Positions 1 through 8,330 of a stretch of DNA of 62,438 nt are shown in pieces (position 1 is the stretch's first letter; each line of letters opens with the position of its first letter). Source of the stretch: a virus (lineage: Duplodnaviria > Caudoviricetes); IMG/VR virus record IMGVR_UViG_3300027881_000013, positions 1 to 62,438 of that record, one strand, 5' to 3'. Both the position numbers and the translations under genes were made by a program. The notes under the pieces are model-generated. The model saw only the letters and a list, made by a program, of their open reading frames with translations. It did not search any database and was not told the DNA's origin.

Positions 1-49
1 CTGTAGGTAGAGCCCTGACTGTTTTACCAGCCAGAGCTCACCCAACAGG

Positions 50-466
50 TTAGTAGTTCCACAATGAGTCGTTTGGGTCATCTCTCCCGCCAAACTCATC
101 CTCTTCTTCCTGCCTGTCCCGCGCTATCCGCTTCTGGTGTCTAGGCTCTCCCCAACACTTTCCACAGATGTACAGAGGCTCATCACCTTGAGGGGCATAG
201 AAGTCATACCACCGCCACTGCCGCAAGTCCTTCTCGGGGACTTTCTGTTTGCAGTCGTGGCAGGGGTCGAAGCTCAGAGACTCCTGGCTCTCAGTGTGAC
301 AGGCCTGACAGACAGCCATCCAGCCAACAGGTCCAAAGGTGTCGGTCTCTGTGTGAACCGCTACAGCAGGTTCACCAGCCATGACATGCTTGCACTTCTC
401 GCATCTGTCATCGCCCAAGTACCGATCCATCCCGGACCCAGTGACTATCGTGCAGATGTTCGCCAC
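50..466 (-). CDS. Cys-rich (CxxC x4) hypothetical protein
   Basis: GTG start preceded by AGGAG; four CxxC pairs. Confidence 0.7.
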   Translation of the reverse strand: MANICTIVTGSGMDRYLGDDRCEKCKHVMAGEPAVAVHTETDTFGPVGWMAVCQACHTESQESLSFDPCHDCKQKVPEKDLRQWRWYDFYAPQGDEPLYICGKCWGEPRHQKRIARDRQEEEDEFGGRDDPNDSLWNY

Positions 467-502
467 TGTCTCTACTCCTGTTTAGAGGTAACGCCTTTTG
501 GG

Positions 503-625
503 TGTCTGGATTTCTAGACACTGGCATCAGAGGGGTGTCTACATTTCAAGACACTATCCCTCTCTAACTACCCACTGTCTACAGATCTAGACATATTGTC
601 CTCAGGGTGTCTGCATCTCAAGACA
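503..625. promoter_or_regulatory. Four palindromic TGTCT-N8-AGACA boxes (operator-like)
   Basis: Copies at 503-520, 536-553, 576-593, 608-625, upstream of the 50..466 gene. Confidence 0.7.
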
Positions 626-1017
626 TTCGACCTTAGCACACCTGTACACCTTAAGGAATATCTAGAGCATATACAAGACAAGTTAAGTGGAAACGTTTCC
701 ACCCCTAATTAAGCACCTTAACCTGAGTTCCTGCTATTAAGGTGCTTACCCCATTTTGAAGTGATATGAAGTGCCCCTGAACGCGTTTTAGACAGTTATC
801 CGGAGGACTACGAGACCCCTGGTACATATGTCGGTCTAAAGCTGTTATGAACAAGGACACTTCATATGCATTTCGGCATGAGGCGAAAATCTCAGGTATA
901 TCAAATTCTTCGAGCTCGAGAGCCCACACAAATTACATATGAAGACGCAACTGAACTTGAATACCTGGGTATTATAAGCCACCCCCAGTAGGGGATTTTG
1001 AACACGAACAGAGGGGT

Positions 1018-1061
1018 GTGGTATGAGGCACCCTCCTAACATCTAGAGTGCCTCATACCAC
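1018..1061. repeat. Perfect 14-bp inverted repeat GTGGTATGAGGCAC / GTGCCTCATACCAC, possible terminator of the 1072..1239 gene
   Basis: Arms 1018-1031 and 1048-1061, 16-nt loop. Confidence 0.7.
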
Positions 1062-1071
1062 CACAGAGGGT

Positions 1072-1239
1072 CTAGCCCACCCTCTCCTTCTGCGCGGAGT
1101 CGCGGTTGCGCTTGTTCCAGGCCACCGGATTGCCTCCCCGGATGATCGGGGCGAGCTCATCGGTGCGGAGAGTGGCGTGCTGTTTCGGTCCACTCTTCTT
1201 GCCGGTGTTGTGCATACGCGACCGGTTGGTGTTCGCCAT
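1072..1239 (-). CDS. Small basic hypothetical protein, 55 aa (MANTNRSRMHNTGKKSGPK...), not in ORF track
   Basis: ATG with AGGAGG RBS; open to TAG at 1072-1074. Confidence 0.7.
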   Translation of the reverse strand: MANTNRSRMHNTGKKSGPKQHATLRTDELAPIIRGGNPVAWNKRNRDSAQKERVG

Positions 1240-1822
1240 TGTTGGCCTCCTGTTGAAATTACACCAGTTCCTTGGGGACTATCAAGAACCCCGCTCGAGG
1301 CGGGGCAACTTTGAATTTGGGGGATAGGCACCCTGCCATCAATGCATGTGCAAACAAGCCCGGATGCCTAAGCCCCCTGGTCTATAGGAGAGAGGCATAT
1401 GTTTCCCATACTTCAGGGAACACTCAGTCCTCTCAACATGAAACACCCTGTTAGGGTGGACTTTGAATTGGGGTATAGGCACGTCAATCCTTTTCGAATG
1501 CCAGGCCTTGGCAAATCTACTCCGGTTGCGTGTAGCCCAGTGACCCCCTTTTAAGGAGGAGAGGATAATACAGTCTCTCGGCCAAGATAGACACCCAATT
1601 ATCTGGGCATGAATCTACCTACTCAGAGTGCAAACCTCTACCTTTTTGTTACCCCTGTTAGGGGTTATCAGGACGCGTTGGTAGGCGGTGAACCTACCTA
1701 AGGAAAACCCTCACGCTCCATGCGCGAGAATATGCAGGCGGAGGACCTGCTGGGAATAACCCCACGCTCCGGGCGCGGGGAAACCCTCTCCCCAGGACGG
1801 GGAGAGGGTGTGCACAGATGTG

Positions 1823-2311
1823 CTAGGACTCGCTGGCGGCGACTTCGGCCTTCAGATCTTCGATGCGCTGAAGGGCGACAGCCTTGCGATGGTCAAACAC
1901 CGCGTTGAATCCACCCTTCTTGCGGAGGGTGGCCTCGTGCTCGACATTCTTCTCGCTGTTGGTCACGACACCCTGCTTATTGCACAGCAAGGCGTCGCCA
2001 CCTTTCCCGAGAAGAGCGACGAACATGCGGCAGACGATGCCCGTGTCCTTGAACTGACTGAACTTCGGGGGAGCGTCCTTGAACGCATCACGAAGCTCCG
2101 GCACGCGGTACGCGCATGCCTTTGCCACGCTGTACGAGGACAACATCTTCTTGTCCTCGCAGAAGTGGGCCAGTTCCACGATGGTCATGTCCTTGGCCAT
2201 CTCAGTGGTAACCAGAAAGTCCGGGGTCTTGGTGCTACCGGTCTTCGAAGCGCCTGCGCACTTCTTCAGATCGGCGATCATGGCATTCTTCTGGGCTGCG
2301 GTGAGTTTGAT
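1823..2311 (-). CDS. Lys/Ala-rich hypothetical protein, probable ATC start
   Basis: AGGAGGT 5 nt before in-frame ATC-AAA-CTC; GC-rich codon usage; hairpin downstream at ~1784-1808. Confidence 0.7.
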   Translation of the reverse strand: MKLTAAQKNAMIADLKKCAGASKTGSTKTPDFLVTTEMAKDMTIVELAHFCEDKKMLSSYSVAKACAYRVPELRDAFKDAPPKFSQFKDTGIVCRMFVALLGKGGDALLCNKQGVVTNSEKNVEHEATLRKKGGFNAVFDHRKAVALQRIEDLKAEVAASES

Positions 2312-2549
2312 GGTACACCTCCTAGGTGTTGGTAAAAAGAAAATTTGCAGCCATCTATGGTGAACACCCATCAGCGTTCTGACGGGTGAGAAACACCCGC
2401 CCCGGTGGTGTGGAGGGCTGTGAGCCCTGGTTGGAGTTCTTCACACGCTCTAAGTTCGCGGTACTCTCACGACCTATTACACTGCTATCACTTTTAGACA
2501 TATAATATATTCTCGAGACATACCTATAATTGATCACCTGCACAAACTC

Positions 2550-2842
2550 ATGGGTCCCATCTGGGTAGGTATTATAAATAATATATACTCGAGCTTGATA
2601 TGTTCGGCCTTAATGGGTCCCATCGATATAGTATAGGGTATACTATTCTGAATCTCCTCCTTTTTGATATATGGGTCCCATCTAGGTGGGTTGCTATGCT
2701 GGGTCTTTTAATCTCTATATATTATAAACAACGGATGTCTAGACATGATATCACTTGATATATGTTATAGTCGGAGGGGGTCTGATTTTAACAGGTGGGT
2801 AGGTCGTTAAAGTCCGTTTTATTACTGTGCATGGGTCCCATC
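2550..2842. repeat. Four copies of palindrome ATGGGTCCCATC
   Basis: 2550-2561, 2613-2624, 2671-2682, 2831-2842 in the divergent intergenic region. Confidence 0.85.
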
Positions 2843-2851
2843 CGAGTATTT
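2820..2851 (+). promoter_or_regulatory. Putative late promoter TATTACTG-N16-GAGTATTT
   Basis: Identical boxes and spacing to 46847-46878 upstream of protease/capsid genes. Confidence 0.7.
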
Positions 2852-2867
2852 TTATGGAGGTTCTACC

Positions 2868-3125
2868 ATGAATGCTAATGATGATGCCAGACGACTGCAC
2901 AACAGAACTGAGAAGCGTGTCGCGAATAGACACATCAAAAAATCTCAAATTGAGCAATTACAGCAAGAAGTGTCTACATTAGTAGACAAATTTGAAAGTC
3001 TAGATATGTCTGTTGAAGATTTTATGGCTATATTACAACAACATCAGCAGCAGCAAGTTGAAGAACCACAGCAAGATGCACGACAGCAAGATATAGATGC
3101 ATATAACCAATATAAGGGCATATAA
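2868..3125 (+). CDS. Putative internal head protein, shared-leader paralogue 1
   Basis: GGAGG RBS; N-terminus MNANDDARRLHNRTEKRVANR. Confidence 0.7.
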   Translation: MNANDDARRLHNRTEKRVANRHIKKSQIEQLQQEVSTLVDKFESLDMSVEDFMAILQQHQQQQVEEPQQDARQQDIDAYNQYKGI

Positions 3126-3130
3126 GGGTT

Positions 3131-3415
3131 ATGGGTGCTAATAAAGATGCTAGGCGGCTACACAACCAGACCGAGAGTCGTATAGCCCAACGTAAGGTAG
3201 CTCAAAATGCAGCAGTATATATAATAGAAGTTGATGATTATGAACCAAAACCAATTGCCGCATGTACATCAGAGGCAGAAGCCAATAATATAGTTGAGCA
3301 ATTACATAATGAAGGTGTGGGTTCTTTTCGAGTATCAGGGTATCCAGCAATACCACTTAATCCTAATGGAATTGATTTAGCTAACGCAATTAGAGCAAAG
3401 TGGGATGAGTACTAG
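3131..3415 (+). CDS. Putative internal head protein, shared-leader paralogue 2
   Basis: N-terminus MGANKDARRLHNQTESRIAQR. Confidence 0.7.
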   Translation: MGANKDARRLHNQTESRIAQRKVAQNAAVYIIEVDDYEPKPIAACTSEAEANNIVEQLHNEGVGSFRVSGYPAIPLNPNGIDLANAIRAKWDEY

Positions 3416-3431
3416 ACCACTGAGGTATTTC

Positions 3432-4364
3432 ATGAGTGCCAATAAAGCTGCCCACATACTACACAATGAGGCTAAGAGGCGTGTCGCGGAGCGACAGAAG
3501 AGGGCTAAGACTTGCCCTAGCTGCAAAGGTAGGAAGTATGTAGGGGTTCATGGCACTCCGTGTACCAGGTGTGACGGAAGTGGTGAAGAGATTGAAATGC
3601 CAGAGGAGCATAAAGAAGATTGGGAGATGTCTACTGAGGAATTAGATGATCAGCAGCAAGAACAAGAAGATGCATATAAGAAATACGATAAAGCTCGAGC
3701 CAAACAGGCTGCTGTTACTATCCAGTGTGCTACTTGTGGTGGTAATGGTACTATCGATCCTGGTACTGGTATTCCAGCAGACTGCCCTGACTGTAAGGGT
3801 GCTGGGTTAGTACCAGATGCTGTAGGAGGAGCCAGACAGGCTATGAGGCGTGTCGCGGAACATAAACAGGCTGCTGATGAAAAAATCAATTTAGAATTAT
3901 CAGAAGATGAATTTGCTAAAATGCAACCTATGTTACAGCAAAATGCTATATTATATGATGTTCATGTAAATCATGGTGCTCCTGATGATAAAGCTTTAAC
4001 TATAACAATTAAAGCTAGTGATCAAGAGATAATTAAACAATTTTGGCAGAGTAAACAAGCTGATGCTGGATTAAAAGATGTAATACCTATGGCTGCTATA
4101 CCAATGGCAATGGGTATACCACCTGCTGGTGAAGCCATTCAAGAGTACTTAGATAAAAATAAAGAGCAGACTCAACATGAACAGGTAACAGCTAAGAAAC
4201 CAAGTCTGAATGAAAGAGGACCAGGTATTAGTGCACAAACATTTAGTAGTGAAGAAGAAGCACGTCAACTATATAATCAGTTGAAAGATTCTGATCAGAT
4301 TGCCTCAGGGACAGAGCCAAATATTGGATTTGACAATATGTGGATAGTAGCCTGGTATAATTAG
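3432..4364 (+). CDS. Putative internal head protein with DnaJ-type CxxCxGxG zinc fingers, shared-leader paralogue 3
   Basis: Start moved to MSANKAAHILHNEAKRRVAER (GAGG RBS); four CxxCxG motifs; repeated KQA. Confidence 0.7.
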   Translation: MSANKAAHILHNEAKRRVAERQKRAKTCPSCKGRKYVGVHGTPCTRCDGSGEEIEMPEEHKEDWEMSTEELDDQQQEQEDAYKKYDKARAKQAAVTIQCATCGGNGTIDPGTGIPADCPDCKGAGLVPDAVGGARQAMRRVAEHKQAADEKINLELSEDEFAKMQPMLQQNAILYDVHVNHGAPDDKALTITIKASDQEIIKQFWQSKQADAGLKDVIPMAAIPMAMGIPPAGEAIQEYLDKNKEQTQHEQVTAKKPSLNERGPGISAQTFSSEEEARQLYNQLKDSDQIASGTEPNIGFDNMWIVAWYN

Positions 4365-4603
4365 ATCAGGCGGATCAGTAAACAACCTCCTTATATTATA
4401 TCCCATCGGCCACACCAGATACCCAGGTGTGTCGCGGGAGATAATCTAAATCTCTCGAATCCTTTATAATCCGAGCTCTTTAGCCGTTGTATTAATGGAC
4501 CCCAGCCGGCTGTTATATCCTAAGTGGTTGGTCAGCGACATACTGACTAGGGGGCTTGGTGTGTCGGCCTTCTCCCCGCCCCAGGGTTGATGAAAGTCAG
4601 CCC

Positions 4604-4768
4604 ATGGGGTTGCAGGAGCTGGAGTTTGAGGCGACTCTGCTAGAGAACAGGGTTAAGAGCTATGAGGCTATGTATGAGAGGGCACTAGCAGAGTGGGTGA
4701 ACGTAAAGACTAAGCTGGCGGTTGCGCGCGAATTGCGCGAGAGGGGAAAGGCATCTGATGACAAGTAA
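4604..4768 (+). CDS. Short coiled-coil hypothetical protein
   Basis: Heptad-like ELEFEATLLENRVKSYE; start uncertain. Confidence 0.45.
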   Translation: MGLQELEFEATLLENRVKSYEAMYERALAEWVNVKTKLAVARELRERGKASDDK

Positions 4769-4865
4769 AGACAAGAAGCCGGCCGGGGGCACTTCGCCCT
4801 GTCCCGTCTGTTGCGCAGGGTGCCCGCACTACCAACCAAAGGTGAACGAGGCAGACAATGACTGA
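4758..4865 (+). CDS. 35-aa Cys-rich peptide (MTSKDKKPAGGTSPCPVCCAGCPHY...)
   Basis: Overlap-coupled to neighbours; shares GTSPCP-coding 20-mer with 5377..5808. Confidence 0.5.
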   Translation: MTSKDKKPAGGTSPCPVCCAGCPHYQPKVNEADND

Positions 4866-5124
4866 ATTTACAGACGGGGTGATTGCGATCACCACAACGA
4901 AGGTGGGTCTCTGGGATATCGTTAAGCTGCTGTTTGGCTGGACGCTGCACATCAGGACCGAGACGGGAACCGAGAATCACCCCGGGGCCACACGGCCCGA
5001 CAAGACAGAAATCTTGCTCATTCGCCCCCGATGGTTGCAGCGGAAACACCCGGGAGCCGTGGAAGAGCCGGCCGAACGCACCCAGCTAAAACCGTTCAAC
5101 CAAAAAGGGGATACCAATGAGTGA
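4858..5124 (+). CDS. Hypothetical protein
   Basis: Coupled overlapping ORF in GC-rich block. Confidence 0.6.
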   Translation: MTEFTDGVIAITTTKVGLWDIVKLLFGWTLHIRTETGTENHPGATRPDKTEILLIRPRWLQRKHPGAVEEPAERTQLKPFNQKGDTNE

Positions 5125-5380
5125 AGGGCCGTGTCGTGGATGCATGGGCAATAGCGCCACGCATACATGTGACAGCATGAAGCGGTGGGCCACAGATCTC
5201 TCGGCAAAGAAGCCCATCATCAGCGACCAGTGGCTACAGGAGTGGGAGAACGATCCACACTTCTGTGCGTGGATGGAGCGACAGCCGACCGCGTTTGAGA
5301 ATTTCGTGCGTTCGCTCATTGCCGAGGTGCGGAGCCTGAGGGGCGAACACCTTTCATCCAATTCGACGGAGGAGCCATGA
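5117..5380 (+). CDS. Hypothetical protein
   Basis: AAGGGGG RBS, coupled ORF. Confidence 0.65.
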   Translation: MSEGPCRGCMGNSATHTCDSMKRWATDLSAKKPIISDQWLQEWENDPHFCAWMERQPTAFENFVRSLIAEVRSLRGEHLSSNSTEEP

Positions 5381-5808
5381 TGGGCACTTCGCCCTGTCCC
5401 GACCACCCAGACGGGCACATGTACGAGTCTGGTTGCCCCACGTGCCCCGCCCCGCCCGACCCGGAGCCGGTGAGCGAGGAGGAGCCGATTGAGCATCTGA
5501 TGTCGCGCCTTGATGACGGCATGGGTGCCGCCGAGGACAGCGAGACGCGGGTGTTTCGTCTGCGTGACGTCCGCACCCTCGTCGCCGAGCTGCGGCAGTC
5601 GCGATTGGCAGACACAGAGCACGAGGCTTGGGACGTGCGGTTGCAGAGAGCCCGCGCCCGCATCGCCGAGTTGGAGGCGGAGTTGGTTGTCCTCAACCGA
5701 GAGTGCGACGTTGGCGCGAAGGTTGTAGAGCAGGAAGCAAACCAAATCGCCACCCTCACCCGCGAGCGGGACGAAGCCATCGAAGGGACCACACGTCGTC
5801 GTAGTTGA
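5377..5808 (+). CDS. Mosaic coiled-coil protein with RARIAELE motif (Ead/Ea22-like style)
   Basis: GGAGGAG RBS; RARIAELEAE and QIATLTRER motifs. Confidence 0.65.
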   Translation: MMGTSPCPDHPDGHMYESGCPTCPAPPDPEPVSEEEPIEHLMSRLDDGMGAAEDSETRVFRLRDVRTLVAELRQSRLADTEHEAWDVRLQRARARIAELEAELVVLNRECDVGAKVVEQEANQIATLTRERDEAIEGTTRRRS

Positions 5809-5835
5809 ACATAACCTCCCCAGGCATCCTCGTTG

Positions 5836-5867
5836 CATTTCTAGATGGGGTGTTGATGTGACTATCT
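5836..5867 (+). promoter_or_regulatory. Putative late promoter CATTTCTA-N16-GACTATCT
   Basis: Matches TT(A/T)CT(A/G)-N16-GAnTAT consensus. Confidence 0.55.
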
Positions 5868-5882
5868 AGATAGGAGAGACAT

Positions 5883-6335
5883 ATGACAAAGATTATTGCC
5901 CCATTTGCCGACCTAGGACCTAGAAGAGCAGAAGTATCCGTCGAAGCCGAATATGTCCAAGCAGTTGCCGATGCCTTGATAGGCAAGTTTGCGGGTGCGC
6001 AGGTAGAGGCGAGCCCAAATGGGGCTATCTCTGTGGCCGGTCAGATAGATGAAAATATTAGATATGACTTCACAGTATTCTTGAGTATCACTATTGAGAG
6101 TATGGTTGAAGCAGCTGTCAGTGGTGGGGTATATGGTGATATACTAGTACCAGCTATGGCGTATGAGCCACAGTCTGGCGACACCCATCAGAGCACTGTT
6201 GTCTCTATTCCGTTCAATTTTGCCAAAGATGTCTTCAAGGAAGACGACCCAGCAATTTTGGCCGACTTCATCTATACGACTGTAAGTAGCCACATCAAGC
6301 AAGCCCATACTAAGTTCCTCGAGAAAACTCAGTAA
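5883..6335 (+). CDS. Hypothetical protein, possibly virion-associated
   Basis: AGGAG RBS; preceded by late-type promoter; MTKIIA start like MPKIIA of 35672. Confidence 0.7.
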   Translation: MTKIIAPFADLGPRRAEVSVEAEYVQAVADALIGKFAGAQVEASPNGAISVAGQIDENIRYDFTVFLSITIESMVEAAVSGGVYGDILVPAMAYEPQSGDTHQSTVVSIPFNFAKDVFKEDDPAILADFIYTTVSSHIKQAHTKFLEKTQ

Positions 6336-6361
6336 ATCAGCAGCCCCCTTCTATTATATCC
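6331..6361 (+). promoter_or_regulatory. Phage promoter class 1 AGTAAA-N15-TATTATATCC
   Basis: Exact boxes and spacing repeated at 10221 and 10891. Confidence 0.75.
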
Positions 6362-6366
6362 TGGGT

Positions 6367-6481
6367 GAGTCGATGCGTTCCGCTAAGCGATGCGGACAGG
6401 ATAATGACCTGGCTGGGCGTGGCCTAGGTAACACTAAACCCAGACGGTGGTAAGTTCTAGAGAATAATCCACCATCGACTC
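6367..6481 (+). ncRNA. Cloverleaf (tRNA-like) structured RNA or leader
   Basis: Closing stem GAGTCGAT/ATCGACTC plus hairpins TCCGC/GCGGA, CAGG/CCTG, CTGGG/CCCAG, GGTGG/CCACC, directly after promoter. Confidence 0.55.
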
Positions 6482-6496
6482 CTTAGGAGATTTTAG

Positions 6497-7759
6497 ATGG
6501 CTGATGATGACTTGGAAGGATATGAGGTAGCTCCTTTGGCTCAAGATATCGAGAATGTTAAAAGAAGTGCGGAGAGTAAAGACATCTGCGAATGTGGCAA
6601 GCCTTGTGACGATCATAACGAAGAAGAGGCCGAATGTTGTGCCGCTGGATTATATCCAGTGAATGAGGAAGTTGGCCGTTGTTGCTGTGGTAGATTCACA
6701 AACGATCCGCTACCTGTCATTATTAATGATACTACACATGAATTACTTGGTCCTGAAGGTAATTTCTGTGGACCTATTATCAACCATACAGTACGACAAC
6801 TTCGCGCCCGCATTGTCGAGCTAGAGAAACCAGAAACTGAGGTAGAGATTGACTTGCGGTTTGCCGTGGCAAAACGTGATACTCGTATCGCTGAGCTTGA
6901 GGCGCGCGCCACAGAGCAACAGGCCCACCCGCTCCACCAAATCGCCACCCTCACCCGCGAGCGCGATAACGAACATAGTATGAGATTGAGTGCCGAAACT
7001 GGTAGAGTACGCGACGAAGCCCGTACTGAGGCTTCTAAAGAGAAGAGCCGCAATGCTTCCTATGAAAATGAGTTCAATATTGAGCTCGAAAACATCTTGG
7101 CAGATGGAACAACAGAGGAAGACTGTCTTGATGGTCATGGCTTAGATGAGATTGCCCGTTGTGTCGTCAACAAGCTCACCAAAGCCGAAGCTTGTGTCGC
7201 TGAAATAAAAACTGGTCCATGGCAATGTGGTAAGTGTGGTTGGGTTTTTCCAAAACATTTTTCAGCATGTCCACATTATAAAGAAGATTGTACCCCTGGT
7301 ATAGAAATGACAGCCGGTGGTAATCATTCTTTATCTTATGGAGGTTTTTCGCCTGTAGAGCCTACAATAGAAGAAATGCTTCGTACTCGTATTGCCGAGT
7401 TAGAAGCAGAGATTAACCGACGTGGTGGTGATCCAATTACACGTCTCCATAATATCTGTGAGGGGTTAGAGCAACCACTTGAATGTGGACATGATCTTTC
7501 TATGTGGTGTGATCATTGTGAAACCTGTGGTGATTGTCGTGATGAAGATAGGAGTGATGGAGGTAAGATTACAGCTCTTACTAATCGCATTACTGCATTA
7601 AAAGAATTTGAACCTCATCATAAATCAAAAGATAATAAAACATATGGTCCAGAACCATTCTCAGATGGTTGTGCTGATGATTGTGAAGGTTGTCTCTTTA
7701 TTCGACTAATTCACGTAATTAGCACGCTTCGGTCTTTGCTGGAGAAGTGTCGGTACTGA
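6497..7759 (+). CDS. Mosaic Cys-rich/coiled-coil protein with repeated RIAELE linkers
   Basis: AGGAG RBS; RIVELE, RIAELE x2, RITALK separating Cys clusters. Confidence 0.75.
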   Translation: MADDDLEGYEVAPLAQDIENVKRSAESKDICECGKPCDDHNEEEAECCAAGLYPVNEEVGRCCCGRFTNDPLPVIINDTTHELLGPEGNFCGPIINHTVRQLRARIVELEKPETEVEIDLRFAVAKRDTRIAELEARATEQQAHPLHQIATLTRERDNEHSMRLSAETGRVRDEARTEASKEKSRNASYENEFNIELENILADGTTEEDCLDGHGLDEIARCVVNKLTKAEACVAEIKTGPWQCGKCGWVFPKHFSACPHYKEDCTPGIEMTAGGNHSLSYGGFSPVEPTIEEMLRTRIAELEAEINRRGGDPITRLHNICEGLEQPLECGHDLSMWCDHCETCGDCRDEDRSDGGKITALTNRITALKEFEPHHKSKDNKTYGPEPFSDGCADDCEGCLFIRLIHVISTLRSLLEKCRY

Positions 7760-7786
7760 ATCCGATCCCACACCCCAAAGGAATAG

Positions 7787-8137
7787 ATGGTAAGAAAATT
7801 AAAAGATACTTATATTGGAGCAGCAATTAAAGCATTATATGGTAGGAATGCAGTTGGTTGTTGTCTCCATATAACCTTAGATGATGGAAACATAAGAGAT
7901 ACTGACGTCGATTTTTGTATAATGCAGGCTATTGATAATGATCATAAAGAGTGTGAGAATCTTGCTCGAGCTCTGAGAGCTCTCAATATGCACAAACGAG
8001 CTTATGTTCTGGGTATGTATTGGTGTCCTAGCTGCAAAGACTATACATTATATGATGTCTGTGGTATGGATAACTGTAGTACAAAGTCAGTAGAAATAAC
8101 TAACGACCGAAACGACCTCCTTCCCCATATATTCTGA
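7787..8137 (+). CDS. Hypothetical protein (GCCLHITLDDGN motif)
   Basis: AAGGA RBS; ORF. Confidence 0.7.
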   Translation: MVRKLKDTYIGAAIKALYGRNAVGCCLHITLDDGNIRDTDVDFCIMQAIDNDHKECENLARALRALNMHKRAYVLGMYWCPSCKDYTLYDVCGMDNCSTKSVEITNDRNDLLPHIF

Positions 8138-8144
8138 GGTAGAC

Positions 8145-8330
8145 ATGCGAATTATTAAATTAGGTAAACGACCTATCATCAAGTTCGAGAAAAGAGTGAC
8201 TGGTGGGCCTGAAAACTTGAACTACCACTGGCATCTTATTATCTTTGGATGGCATATCTGTCCACTACCCAAAGATGAAACCTATCCTCAAGGTCCTATT
8301 GCATTGTTTCAGGGCCTCTGTAGAAAATAA
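8145..8330 (+). CDS. Hypothetical protein
   Basis: GAGG RBS, coupled ORF. Confidence 0.55.
   Translation: MRIIKLGKRPIIKFEKRVTGGPENLNYHWHLIIFGWHICPLPKDETYPQGPIALFQGLCRK

Noticed and set aside
503-2842. Spaced palindromes as mini-CRISPR arrays
   Set aside because: Repeats are only 12-18 bp, internally variable or irregularly spaced, and no cas genes are present
4580-4610. Hammerhead ribozyme from TGATGAAA
   Set aside because: No CTGAnGA core with separate stem II; simply a GAAA-capped hairpin
6367-6481. tRNA-Sec or other functional tRNA
   Set aside because: No UCA anticodon, no TTC-type 7-nt T-loop, no CCA end
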